Below, one piece after another: positions 43,579 through 59,660 of a stretch of DNA of 64,000 nt. This DNA comes from the human T2T-CHM13v2.0 reference genome, Homo sapiens, in assembly GCF_009914755.1 (NCBI RefSeq), contig NC_060925.1; one strand, written 5' to 3'. The position numbers and the translations under genes were made by a program. Below the pieces are notes generated by a model. The model was given only the letters and a program-made list of their open reading frames with translations. It was not told where the DNA came from and searched no databases. Each line of letters begins with the position of its first letter. Within the stretch, counting starts at the first letter, position 1.

Positions 43579-44149
43579 TTAAAAATATACTTTAAACAGC
43601 CAAATTACGACAAACATTATTTCTTCTACTAGGTAATCAGATTGAAGATAATGATGTGTATAAGATGCATAGGTTTCAATACTACTATCAGGAACCATCA
43701 ATTAAAACTTAGCAGAGTATTTGACACATAGGAATATTCAATGCACAGTATGTTGATAAATGAATAACTAATCAATTTTGGAAAACTGAAGTTTAAAATA
43801 TAATAAATGTTCTGTAAATGGTTTTCATTTACAAGTCATCTAACTATATCTTGTCAAAAATTATTCATTTCACTTTTTAACAAATGAAAATTAGATGGCA
43901 TTGTTTGAACAAACTCAAAACCTAAACTTTAAAACAACAAAAAATGGTTATACTCAGGTTATCCTCCATTTAACTAAATTAAAAGCAGCCAGAGCTTTCA
44001 TTATTTTTGGAACATATTATTTTCTGAAAAAAGAATGAATAATAAGCTGAATATTTGGGAGAATGTTTTCCTTTAATCAAAAGGAAGAATTGCATCTGAC
44101 CAGTACTCCTGAAAACAATCAAGTACATCAAAAACAAGAAAAGTCTGGC

Positions 44150-44430
44150 AAATTTTAACAGACAAGAGAAGCCTAAGGACACATGACAAATAAATGTATT
44201 GTGGTGATTTTTATGATATACTGGAACAGAAAAAAAAGTAAAAATTAAGAAAATCTGAATAAACTAGGGACTTTAGCTAATAATCATATATCAATATTAT
44301 TTCATTAACTGCAACAAATGTACCATACTAATGTAGGGTGTTAATAATAGGGGTAATTATGAGTGCATATGGAAACTCTCTGTACTACTGTCACAATTTT
44401 TCCATAAATCTAAAACTGCTCTAAAATACA
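44150..44430 (+). mobile_element. L1MC/MD 3' fragment
   Basis: tatcaatattatttcattaactgcaacaaatgtaccatactaatgtag..atatggaaactctctgtacta..aaatctaaaactgctctaaaa. Confidence 0.75.
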
Positions 44431-46110
44431 TTTTAAGAATAGAGCTGATAGAATGCACTTAACAATATAAACATATTGCATTTATTTTTCCTTTGGCTTT
44501 TATTTGTAATAATTTTGAAGGTCTTTGAAAGCACAGACGTTGCTTCCATGAAAAGCCTCAGACATAAGTACAGATTCCTAGTGATTACAGAATACTGATG
44601 ATAACAAAAAGGAACAATGACATTTACTATTTATTGACTCTTTAATATATCCCCAGCACTTTAAAAGACTTTTATTTACTCTTAGCACCAATTATTTTAT
44701 TTACTGTTATCATCTCTCACTATATAGGATGTCCATTGCTCGATCAAAAATTCCTAGATGCAAGAAGAGACAGGACCAAACGCCTGATAATAATAAGAAA
44801 ACAATAAATAAAATAAGCAAACTCCTAGGTAATCAAGAAATTTAAGTCAGAATAAAAGACTTTTAAAAATAACCTTGACGAAAATTCAGGAAAAGAAAAG
44901 ACAAAAAAAGAAACAATTAATAATAGCACCAGAATACTGGAATCTGTTTAAAAAGAATCAAACTGATATTTTAGAAGTAAATGAACATTTTAAAATAAAA
45001 GCTAATGCACGGCTTTCACAGCATTCGTGGTGGTTTAACAGTATTTGTCTTGTTCAGTGTCCCTTCAGCAATGAAAGTTATGTCTGCCATGTAAGAATGG
45101 TTCTTCTACATATATTTTCTGAATATGCAGTAAGAATGTGGTATGAAATTAAACTCACAAGCAATAAAACTGAAATATAAAGGGTAAATAATTAGCAAAG
45201 GATCATAAAGCAGATAAGTGGCAGAGACAGGATTCATACTAAAGCATACTGTTCATGGCTCAATAGATTACAGAATCTAGTTACAGTGATCTTATTCAGC
45301 TATGGTCCATATGTTGATGTAAACACACACACACACATGCATACACACACACACAAAAGTTCTTTTCAATATAAGCTGGAGGACATATAGCTAGTCCATT
45401 CGATTCATTACACTTTATATTAAGTAGTTTTTATTACATAGTTCTTTTAGTTGTGGTCTTTCCATCAGTTCAATGAAAAGCTTAATAAGTTAAAAGTCTG
45501 TTTCTTTTAATCAAGAGATTAGGATCTGTTTATTCCCCCAAATTGGATCAGATTTACCACTGTGTTTGTCAGAGTCTTCGGTAGTGTCTCTAAAAGAGGT
45601 TAATAATAAATCATTAAGCTGTCAAAGTATAATATCCAAAAGTCAACACAGAAATATCTTACACACAGAGAAGAAAAATGTGTGAAAGATTATATTTACC
45701 TCATTAACAAATACAGAATAAAGATAGTAAAATCTGAGTCAAGGGCATTTGAGGCTGCCATGGCTTAATCGGTGAATTGTATAAAACATATAATAACAAT
45801 TTATGCTAATTTCTGACAAATACTTCTAGAACATACAAGAAGGATTTATCTCAGGAATGCAAGGTTGGTTTATATCAAAATATACCATATCAGTAGAATA
45901 AAAGACAAAAAATCACACAATCATATTAAAAGATGCAGAAAAGGCACTTGACAAATTCAACATCCCTCATGACAAAAGCTATCAACAAACTGCAAATAGA
46001 AAGAAACTTCAACACCTTAATAAAAGGCCTCTACAAAAACCCACAGTTAACATCTCACTTTATGGTGAAAACTGAATGCCTTCCTCCAATATCAAGAAAA
46101 GAATGTTCAC

Positions 46111-46170
46111 TGCATTAGTCAAGGAGTCAAAAGTTCTCCAGAGACACAGAAAGAATAGGATGTATGTGGG

Positions 46171-46215
<45 letters not shown>

Positions 46216-46655
46216 AGATTTATTATAGGAAACTGGTACACAATTAAGAACCTGCAAATTTCCAAGATCTGCAATTTGAGTCTGCCAGCTGGAGACACAG
46301 AAGAGCCAATGTTTTAGTTCAAGTCTCAGTTGGAAGGCCTGAGAACCAGTTAAGTTTTAGTTTTAGTTCTAGTCCAAGAGTAGGGGAGAAAGCCAATGTT
46401 TCATTTCAAAGGTAGTCAGACAGGAAGAATTATGTGTTTTTCAGGGTAGAGCTAGCATTTTGTTTTATTCAGTCCTTTAACTGATTAGATGAGGCTCACC
46501 TACACTTGGGAGGGCTATCTGCTTTACTAACCTTACTGATTTAAATGCCAATCTAATTCAAAAACACTCTCACAGAAACATCCAAGATAAAATTTAACCA
46601 AATACTTGAGCACACAAAGGTTCAATCAATCGGACACATAAAATCAGCCATCACA
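46111..46655 (-). mobile_element. MLT2 (ERVL) solo LTR with internal (TG)n at 46173-46212
   Basis: TG...CA ends; ttctccagagacacagaa, ctttaactgattagatgaggctcacc, gacacataaaatcagccatcaca. Confidence 0.88.
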
Positions 46656-46744
46656 CTAACTTTTACAACTTCTATTCACCATAGCACTTGAAATTCTTGC
46701 TAGATAATTAGGCATAAAAGGAAGGAGGAAGTGACAGAGTGGGG

Positions 46745-46796
46745 AGGGATAGAGATAGAGAAGAAGAGAGAGAGAGGGAGAGAGGGAGGGAGGGAA

Positions 46797-46838
<42 letters not shown>
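46745..46838. repeat. (GA)n / purine-rich simple repeat
   Basis: Seen directly. Confidence 0.95.
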
Positions 46839-46840
<2 letters not shown>

Positions 46841-49800
46841 TTATCCAGATTGGAAAGGGAAAAATTATTTCTATTTCCATGTAAAATGATCTTGTATATA
46901 CAAACCCTAACTAATCCACTAAAATACTATGAGAAGTAATAAAAGTACAGCAAACTTACAGGATACAAGATTAAAATGCAAATTAATTGTATTTCAATAT
47001 GTTAGTAATGAACAAACGAAAAATAAAATCAAGACAGTAATTCCATTTACAACAGCAACAAACAAAATAAATTATTCAGAACTATATGTATTAAAAACTG
47101 TAAAAAGTTCAAATTTATACTCTGAAAACTATAGAAAACTGTTGAAAGGAACTAAATAATACCTAAATAAATGAAAATACATCCCATGATCATGGGCCAA
47201 AAGACTAATTATTGGGATGGTGATACTATCCAAATTTATCTAAAATTTCAATACAATCTCTACTAAAATCCCAGCTGAGTTTGCAAAAATTGACAAGCTG
47301 ATCCTAAAATTCATAGGAAAATCCAGAGGATCCAGAATAGCTAAAATGAAAAATAAGAATGAAGCTAGAGGACTAACACTTCCTGATTTCAAAAATTACT
47401 GCAAAGCTAACATAATCAAGATAGTATGGTACTGACATGAGGATAAGCATGTAGATCAATGTGATATAAATATGAGTCCAGATAAAAGCCTTCACATTTA
47501 TGTTCAATTAATTTTTGAAAAAGGTTTCTAAGGCAATTCAATTGGAAAGAATATTCATTTCAATGAATGATGCTGGAATATCTGAATATTCACATGCAAA
47601 AGAATGAAGTTTGACCCTATCTCACACCAAACAAAAAAATGAACTAAAAGTAAATCATAGATCTGGGGGTCTGAGAGGGAATGGACAATAACTGCTAATA
47701 AGTATGGAGGTTTTTTTTAGCGGTGATAAAATTGTTCTCAAATTGACTGTGGTGATGGTTGAAACTGCAAATGTACTAGACATCAGTGAATTGTCAACTT
47801 CACTTACATGAACAAATACATGGGAAGTGAATACATCTCATAAAAGCTGTTATGTTTTAAAGCATGCATTTAAAGGAGTGGGAATTATATACTCAATTTA
47901 ATAAAGGAATAATTGCATAAAATAGCTAGATTATATACAAAACTAGGCAATGACCTGTAGGGCAATAAAACATAACTTTTGGAATCATTTTTCTTCTGAA
48001 TAGAAATTGCATCTCTACTTGACACAAAGCTACTAGTTAACATGTACATTCATAGGTTGAATTTTTAAGAATAAATACAGAAGTGAGCCAATGGTTCTTT
48101 CTCCTAGAAAACTAAATAGTACTTAGTTGTTCCCTTGTATTTAAAGAATACCTTAGTATGATAATAAAAAGACACAGTCATCTCCTTGACCTGACTTTCT
48201 GGTTTTGGATAATTTTACTTAATAATAATGAAAATGAGCAATTACTAACTCAGAATTAATCAGTCTATTCCTAAGCAAACATATTTAGTTCCTGCTGAAG
48301 CCCACTGATCTCTTCACTTAGTAAAAGCAACTGAGCAGGTCATCATTGTTAGAAATAATCTCAAAGTCACTGTCAGTATTCTTTCCTCCTCTTATATGAC
48401 ATCACAGAAACACTTGATGTGATTCATTAACAAATATTTGACTGACTCCATGACTCAAAATTCCCATTGTATAATTAGAAGTGTCCTTGTAATATAAAAA
48501 CAGTATCATGCAAAAAAATGTGATCTGCAATTGGTAGACCACTTTTAAGGATACTTGGGGTAAGGAAGCACAGAAAAAAAAAACATAATCCAATTAAACA
48601 CTTAAGTATCTTTCCACAAGAATATTGATTGTTTCATGGGCCCCAAATTAGCTTCAAGATTGCACATAAAATGATATCACAAGAAGAAAAAGAGACACGT
48701 TTGAAAAATTGCAACAAATAAAATATTTAAAGTTATACTTATGGCTCATGATTTTTCTATAGCTGTCAAACTATGAGTGTCTGATCTACTACTGCCATGA
48801 AATTGTCTAATAATTCTTAACACTCTCATGACTCTAAGTAAAACCCTTTCACTAAAATAAAATTTGTAGGAGGTTAAAAATTGTTTTAAGTTAGTAAGGA
48901 TTTATTGAATGTCTTCTAAATATAAAGCATTATGTGTATGTTTATTTTTTTGAAAAAAACAAGTATATGCTTCCTGATATCAAGATGCTTTAGCATCAGA
49001 GTAAGAAGTCATTTCAGGTTAAGGTGTCCAGAAACAGCATTAAATGGGTAACAGTCAAAATGATTCTGGCTGTGACTTGTCTAAGATAAGAGAGAATCAT
49101 AGCCACATCATTCTTGATTGATATGAGTAAATATTCAAGAAAGTTCACAATAGGGTTTGGTGTAATGACTTGGCAATTTGGCTGAGGTAATTCATTCACT
49201 TGGGAAAGATTATTAGAAGATATATTTGAAAAATATGCATGAACCAAATTATGGAGGATTCTGACTGGCAAGCTGAGGGATTACTATTTAATTAAAGCTT
49301 TTTAATAGAAGGGTTCCAGTATTAAGAAACTAACTAAGAAAAATATTGAATAGATGATGTGGAAATTCTCAGAAAGGAAGGGGAAAGGTAGGGAGCCCAA
49401 GAGAGGTTACACAATGATGCCTAGAAAGAGGAAAGCATAGGCATGTTTCACAGAATAAAGAAGCATGATTTTGAAAATGGGTTGAACCAATATTAAGCAA
49501 TGATTCACAAGTCACCTTTGCAATCTATCTATTACAAATAACTTTGAAGAAATGGTAGATAACTCCATTGTTTAGGGATCTTAGTACTCAGAGCCAAAGA
49601 CACTCAGAAACCTATTAGGAGGGGAACACCTCCTCAATTCTTCCCACAGATAATGTCAAGATCAGTATCAATTTATTCTCTCATAGCAAGTGGGAAGATT
49701 TCTTGAGTCCTCCTTCTACATAAGAGGTTTGATTTCTGTTCTGTGAGCTCTTCATTCTTTTTAAAAGTAAAGGCTAGAAAATTTAAATTTAGAAGGGTAC

Positions 49801-51084
49801 TTTATAGACACCCCAGCAGTCTCCTTCTAGAAAATACACACTACTTCAACTGGTTCATGTTATTCAATCAGTCACAAACATTTCAGTGTTCCATCATGTG
49901 AGGAAAAAATGTACAGAGCTATGTCAGGAGGGATACAAAATACATATCTGATTTTTTTGTGCATAGAGATATTTTATGTACAAAACATTAAGACTTTCAA
50001 TCCTTCTCCTAACAAAAATCTAAAGACAAAAATAATATTTGAAATGTTTGCTGTTTTCAAATCAACACATTAGGCATTGAATGTTCTTTGGCCCACTAAT
50101 TTACCCACAATTTGCAGGTGTTGAATTTTCTATTAGTCCTTGGGGTATTTAAAGCATGTCTATAGGCACGACATGTGCCACTTAGGTGAGTTAATTTTAA
50201 AATAATTTAATTTCTATACTTTGCTTTTTATTTAAAATTACAGCATGAAACTGCATTAGTGTCATTCCTCCACAATTTAATGATTTCCAAAGTCATTATC
50301 AAGAAATGGAAAACTCACAAGCCGCTACCCTGTCATATGGTATAACTAATTTAACAAATAGTCCTATCATATTCAAGTCTTCATATCACTACAAGATTAT
50401 CAATACAGCTGGTGGATTTATTTTAAAGTGTTCTTCCTTCTTCCAATGACAGTTTTCACAGATGGAAGCACCCTTCCAAGATAAACTCCAATCTGCTGCA
50501 TTTAAAAAAACACTTGGGCTAAACTTCAAGAAGTTTGCATGTGTGAGAAGGGTGAATTAACATTACTTTTATTTCTGGCTCAAGCTGTAATGGTGAATGT
50601 ACTGATGTACATTAATTGAATAGAAAATGTCTCTAGCACCACACACAGAAAGTACATGCACACAGAACACTCTTTTTGTCAAGCTGTCACCATCCCTCAA
50701 TGAACAACCTGTGGGTCCTCAGATATTTGGCAAAGAAGAATGTAGATATATTGTGAACAGAACACATGAAAATTCCTGCCCTCATCGTACTCATACTCTC
50801 AGAAAAAAAAAATGGAGATAGAAGAATAGGTTTGACTAGCTTTATTCTGAAAAATTCTCTTTTCATATCTTAGATATACCACATTTTAGATCAGCTTTAT
50901 ACAATATGATTCATTTTTAGAACTACACATTTGGTTCAGTGAGCCTCGTTTAAGCCTATACATGTAAGGAAATTAATAATCATTCTTGTAGAAGATAACG
51001 TTTTTATTGATCCTGAGATATTTAACTGGAACAAAAACACAGGCACATACAAGCACGTGCACACATACACACACGTACACGAGC

Positions 51085-51300
51085 TTTGAAGTCATCAACT
51101 GAATTTGAATTCTGCTTATACTATGCACAAGCAATATGACTGGGGAAATGTCATATCTCTCAGCCTCGGTTTCATCACTTGAGACATGAAGATCAAAATT
51201 CCTTCTTCGTCAGGCATATTTATATTATGCATTTTTTAACTGTGCATGGATAAGATGCCTATTCCATTATGTACTATACAATAGATTCAGTGAACTTAGG
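51085..51300 (+). mobile_element. MIR SINE
   Basis: tttgaattctgc..atgactgggga..ctctcagcctcggtttcatcacttg. Confidence 0.6.
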
Positions 51301-52031
51301 TTCCCACTCTACCCCTTTAGGCTTTTTGTCACTAAAAAGATTTTGTTAAATGTTAATACTGTGAGTTTAAGATTTTAATATTTACTAAATAAATATTAAA
51401 TAAATATTCCATGTTAGGAAGTAGAATAAGAAATACAGAAAGAAAGAAGCAAAATGTATGTACAGAAAATCACTAATCTACCAAACCATAAAATATCAAT
51501 GACATGGGGGCATATGAATGGTGGTAAATTTTTTATATAGAACCTATATAAATTTTAAGTCACTTCTATTACTCCTATTTTCTGCATCCTATCCTCCCTG
51601 CTCTATTTAATGAACTTGAGAACTTACAATCTTCCCCATGAGTTAGTCAAAATAACTTAGTCTATGTGTGCACATGTATTCAATTCATTATTCATCAAAT
51701 ATGTGAGAGCGCTTTTGGTAAGCACTAGATATGAATGAAGAATCAATATTGTTGCCTCTATATTGTTCTAGCTAAATGAAATAAAACTTTCATCTGTATC
51801 AAAACCCATTCTTTTCAGGTAACATTTCTTTTAAAGACCTTTATCAATACTTCAGCTTTTTTCCAATTGGAAGCATAATGCCAGAAAGCACTTTGTACAA
51901 CAGCCTTTTGATGATTGTGTTTGTTAATATATATTTGCGGTAGTCTTATATTTTTATGACGTGTCTTATTTTTTCTTTTATTAATGTCAGAGATCATGTC
52001 TAATCAACCCCTTTTGGCTGTAAGCATATAG

Positions 52032-52444
<413 letters not shown>

Positions 52445-54058
52445 TGAATTATCAATTAAATAACATGAATATATATTTTAAAATTATAAAAGCCCCACTT
52501 TATCCAGGGAAAATAATTATAAATGCAATAAATTTTATAAGAAATTTAGAGGCTTAAGTTTTTCATTTCCAGTAAGTTATTAAATTTGAAGAGAGAAAGA
52601 AAAAGATGAAATACTATTTTATTTAGTGTGTAGTAGAGTTTCTACAATTTGCTTCAAAGAGGATACTTTTCTACATCGAAACACTAATACAAATACAAAA
52701 ACAAAGATGTCAAAGCTAGTCATCATTAGAGTTGAAAAAAAAAGCATTGGGTATTGAAAGAATTCTACAATTTCATTTATGAATATTACACAGCTTGCAA
52801 GCAAATGAGAATCTTTAAGTTTGAGAAATTATTGAAAGGTGAAGATTATTAATCAAAGAATCTCATATTAATGTGAAATATATATATATTCAAACATATA
52901 TAACTTACATATAAAATGCTGAAAACTTTTTCTTTAATGATTATTTATGCCATGCCAAAAGACACATGATTATTTATGCCATTAAATCTAGACTGTAATA
53001 TCACACCATTTGTTCTATACAAAAAAGTCAGACTATTTTGTGCGAGTTTGCTCTTTATTGACGAGAATATGAGCAATTCCTTAATTGACAGACTGTTGTG
53101 ATGCATAGTACAGTGTGTTATTATATTCTACAGTGGAAATAAAAGGGTTTTTCAAAAAAGCCTCCATTCTAAGTACATAATTTAAACCCATTAATAGCTT
53201 CAAAATATAATTAGTATCGATTCTAATAATTTACTTTAAAAATTTTAATTTTTCAAAGTAGTTTTCAAAAAAACTAAACTCAAGTTTCTTTAACATGAAG
53301 TCTATTACATTATACTTTTTACTCAACATTCAAGACGTTAATAGCACTTACAAAATTTGGTCATGATAGCAAATGTTCCAGCCTTTTATATTTTAATAAT
53401 ATTTCATAATCTGCATACTTTGTTAATATCGATAGTATAGTGTAATACAAAGGCACACTGAACAAGAAATCTAGAAAATTCAATTATACTATCAAGCAGC
53501 TGTGTCATTAGCTTTGCTGGGTTTCAAATTTCTTTTCTATACAATGAGATGCCTAGTTCAATTACATTTTCTTTTGGTCTATATTCTGTTACATTGACTT
53601 TTACTTATTAATATTAAAAAATACCCAAAATAGTATCCTATGTGTTTCTTATACAGATTTTTCTTGTCTTAATATTGTAAAAGAAAATAGTTGTGATTCC
53701 AATTTAATTTATATATATTTAGTTTTTATATCATTAGTGTTTTTTAAAAATAATTTAAATTTTATCAAATATTTACAAAAGCATATGTTTAAATTTGTCT
53801 ATACTATACACAACCACAAACAATATGATGTTACTCGTTTCATATAAAACTGGCTTAAGATGTATAATAAAAATCCTTTCTCATTTATACTAACATGACT
53901 CTTGGACTTATAGTTGTTTACATTTTATAACTTATAATTGACTAACATTTGCTTTGAGCTTACAGGCTTTTCAAATCTGAACTTCCTCTATTAAAGCAAA
54001 AGTGAATAAAATCAGTGACTATTACACATTGTATCAGCTGTGATTAAAAGTAAAAATG

Positions 54059-54338
54059 AGCCGGGAGCTGTAATCCCAGCACTTTGGGAGGCCGAGGCAG
54101 GTGGATCATGAGGTCAGGAGATGGAGACCATCCTAGCTAACACGGTGAAACCTCGTCTTTACTAAAATACAAAAAATTAGCCGGGCATGGTGGCACACGC
54201 CTGTAGTCTCAGCTACTCAGGAGGCTGAGGCAGGAGAATGGCTTGAACCCGGGAGGAGGAGGTTTCAGTGAGCCGAGATTGTGCCACTGCACTCCAGTCT
54301 GGCAACAGAGCAAGACTCCATCTCAAAAAAAAAAAAAA
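54059..54338 (+). mobile_element. Alu (Sc8/Y-like) with a small deletion near the 5' end
   Basis: TSD aaaagtaaaaatg (54046-54058 / 54339-54351). Confidence 0.93.
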
Positions 54339-55119
54339 AAAAGTAAAAATGTAACCTTGTGAAGTTATATATATATCAAAACAGAAGCAAGATACATCTT
54401 ATATAAGCATTAATGACTCAATAGATAATGTTATATCCATCTATCCTTTTCACACCATACATTCAATTAAGATGTGATATTTTAACAATAATACCCCAGT
54501 CCTTTGTCTTTAACTCTAGTAAATTTAGTATTCCACAATTTGCCAGATTCAAGACTAGGAAGCTATTTATTAAAATTAAAGTCTGGATTCTGGAAAATTT
54601 AGTTAATAGTTACATTAACTACAGTAACATTAGTAATAAATGAATGAGTCAAGGTGGGCATACATTTACATTAATAATTAGAAATTAATATTTTATTATA
54701 GTCTGAACATGGTGCTCAATATTTATTCTGTAGAACTCTTTCAGTTTACAAAGCTAGTTTTACACGCAGAAAAAAGCTAGGATACTTTGAAAATAACTGT
54801 AATGTCAAGGAGATGCTTTTAGTTAATAACAAAATATACTACACAGCAAAGAAATTAAAACAGCTTGGTCCTGTTACATATAGATAGGTAGGACAAAGAA
54901 GATTTGAAAATAGATCTAAATAAATATGGAATCAAATAGGCAATAAAGGTGGCATTAGTATACTAGAGTAATTATTCAAAAAACATATTTGGAACTATTT
55001 TAGCAATCTGGGAGGAAAATCTTGGTATTTTTCTCACTCCTTATACCACAATGAAAACTTAGAATAGGGTCTGTCATGTGCTATTGTGAAACCTCTCAGC
55101 TTTACTTTATTTAATTTTA

Positions 55120-56300
55120 CTACTGAATTTTAATATATTGTTTTTATTATAAAACGTATGTTCATTATAAGAAGCAAAGTCATTTAGAGATTTATAAGGA
55201 AAATGTTAGAAACCTAACTTCACCCTACACTAACCTCAATCAAATGAAGAAACTAAATTACATCCTCCCCTTTTTTGTTTATATACAGATTAAATTTTTT
55301 TCTAAAAGTAGTGTCATACTATTCACATTACTATGCAATTTGTCCTCTTTCACTTACTACAAATATCCTTTTAGACCAATAAATATAAAATGCAATTTTA
55401 AGAATTGCTTCTTAACCTTCCATAATATAAATATAGCCTAATAGATTGAGCTGATACTAAAGTATTCACCCGTTTTTATTACTTCAAACAATGCTATAAT
55501 TGCTTTAAATAATATATTTGTATATGTGTCCCTTTACATTGTAATTACTTTATTTCTCTAGGTAGAACAAATTAATAAAGCATGCTGGTGAAACAGTACA
55601 TATATTTTTAATTCTCAAATATATATCCATCATATCAAAGTTCTTTCCTTCCTGCTGAGTAACACAGGGGTTTACTTTTCAACTTCAACAATTTGATGAG
55701 AGAAAACTGGTATCTCATTTTTTCATTTACATCTTACTGACTAATATGCAAGCAGGCTAATTTTAATATGATTAATAGTCACTTATATGACTTCTATAAT
55801 AGTAAAATTTTTGCCTATGCCTGCACTGAGTTATCCTTCTCATATAAATTTTCAGGAGCTCTTTGAGTAACAAAGATGTTAACACTTGGACTGAAACATG
55901 CATGGCAAATAATTTTTCACTTGGTTTCAAGTGTGGTTAGTTTTTATTTTAAAATATATTTTTAAAATGCAGGTAGTAAAATGTCCTCTCCCATATTTTA
56001 TAGCTGCTTGTAATTAAACTTATCCTTAAATATGTACTTTTAATATCTAGGTTAGTCCACCTGAAAAGAATTCTAGGAGATAACCTATGAAAGATTCTAA
56101 AAGTAAAGTCAAAATTATTCCAGATCTACTTATTGAAGAAGTAATTAATTTTCCACTGAATTGAAATGTCCTCCTTATTATATATTACACACTCATATTT
56201 ACTTGGTTCTATTTATAGACTCTCATCTGTTTGAGAAATGTATATTCCAGCACCAATACTACATTGTTTTGATTACAGTAGCTTTGTAGTATCAGTATCT
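55120..56300 (-). mobile_element. Old L1ME fragments
   Basis: aaactggtatctcatt; ccagcaccaatactacattgttttgattacagtagctttgtagt. Confidence 0.6.
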
Positions 56301-56539
56301 GATATAATAAATCTTTTTTGTCTTCATTTTTTAAAGTTTCTTTCTTCCATATATCTCCCCAATTACTACTCCTATATTTTCCTACAAAATCTCTGGGTTT
56401 TTTATCAGTTTAGACTATCCACTCATTGTTAAATATCTACCGCACTTTTCCAGGGCATATTGAAAACTAATTATCTGCCATGACTCTTCTAATTAGAAAT
56501 TAAAATTATAGGAAAATAGCTTTTAAGTCATGAATAGGC

Positions 56540-58460
<1,921 letters not shown>

Positions 58461-58684
58461 TTAGAATTAAACCTCATTCTATGACACAAAACCCACTCAC
58501 ATTGATATTCTAAATGACACAAACCAACCCATAATACATAGGCCAAAATTGGCAGGTCATCTGTAATGAAAACTGGCACGAGTTCAGAATTACTTATTTA
58601 AATCACATGGCATACTCAACTCAGCAACTCTGCAGGATTATGGCTTGTGTACCCTCTAGGAATATAACAGAGATAGAGGTGGGG

Positions 58685-58699
58685 GTGTGTGTGTGTGCA

Positions 58700-58740
<41 letters not shown>
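58685..58740. repeat. (TG)n microsatellite
   Basis: Seen directly. Confidence 0.95.
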
Positions 58741-58742
<2 letters not shown>

Positions 58743-59556
58743 GGCTTTATTAAGATATAATCTACATAGCATATGTACACCAATTAATTTAGAACACTGA
58801 TTTTTGAATCACTCAAAAAAGATACTCCATCACCACTAGTAGTCATTACCCACTTTTATAAAATACTCCTCACCTATTTTTGCCCAACTCTCCAAACCGA
58901 GTCCCAGGAAATCACTTATCTACTTTCCGTTTCTATATAGTTGTCTATTACGGACATTTTCTAAAATATTCCTCCTAACTGTAATTCTATAACTTTGGAG
59001 ACATGCTGGTCAAAGGAGATAGAGGTTTTGTTTTGTTTTGTTTTAAAGCTTTGTTCTCTTGAGCACTGTCTTATGGCAGATAGATAAGTCAATACTCTTT
59101 AAATGGATAGAGGGGTAAATACTTATTATCCAACAATAAAGATGAAGGAAATGACCTCCTGTACCAAGGGAAACCTGAAATCTTATCACTACTTTTTGTT
59201 GCATATATCTAAATCTTCACATTTTAAAAAATTACTGGGTTATAAATTACGGACTTTCCAACATTTTTTCTTCCACTTACTTCTTTAATATAATAGTGGG
59301 AGAAACCCCAATCAACTTACATAATAGATTATGTATTTGGACATTAGTTTCTAGGCACTGGGGAGTAACTACAGTTACTGAGCAAGGAAGTCAGAATTTG
59401 AGCAAAGCTTTAGAAAGTTATTCTGGAAATGATCAATATTTTGTTTGATAAGAGTATAAACCATTCAGCCATTGAAACTGAAAGGCAAACTGGAAAGCAG
59501 AAAGCACCAAATCTATTGGTTACATTTCTGCTTTTCTGCTTTGTAACAGCTGTAAT

Positions 59557-59660
59557 ATGTGTGTGTGTTTGTGTGTGTGTGTACAATATATGTACAATAT
59601 ATATCCCTCTCAACCATATATATATACACACACACATACATGCATACACACAAACACGTA
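59557..59660. repeat. (TG)n...(TA)n(CA)n degenerate microsatellite cluster
   Basis: Seen directly. Confidence 0.85.

Larger units (their letters stand above)
45745..47860 (+). mobile_element. Old L1M ORF2 and 3' fragments hosting an MLT2 LTR
   Basis: caggaatgcaaggttggttt; gatgcagaaaaggcacttgacaaattcaaca; cacttcctgatttcaaaa. Confidence 0.85.
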
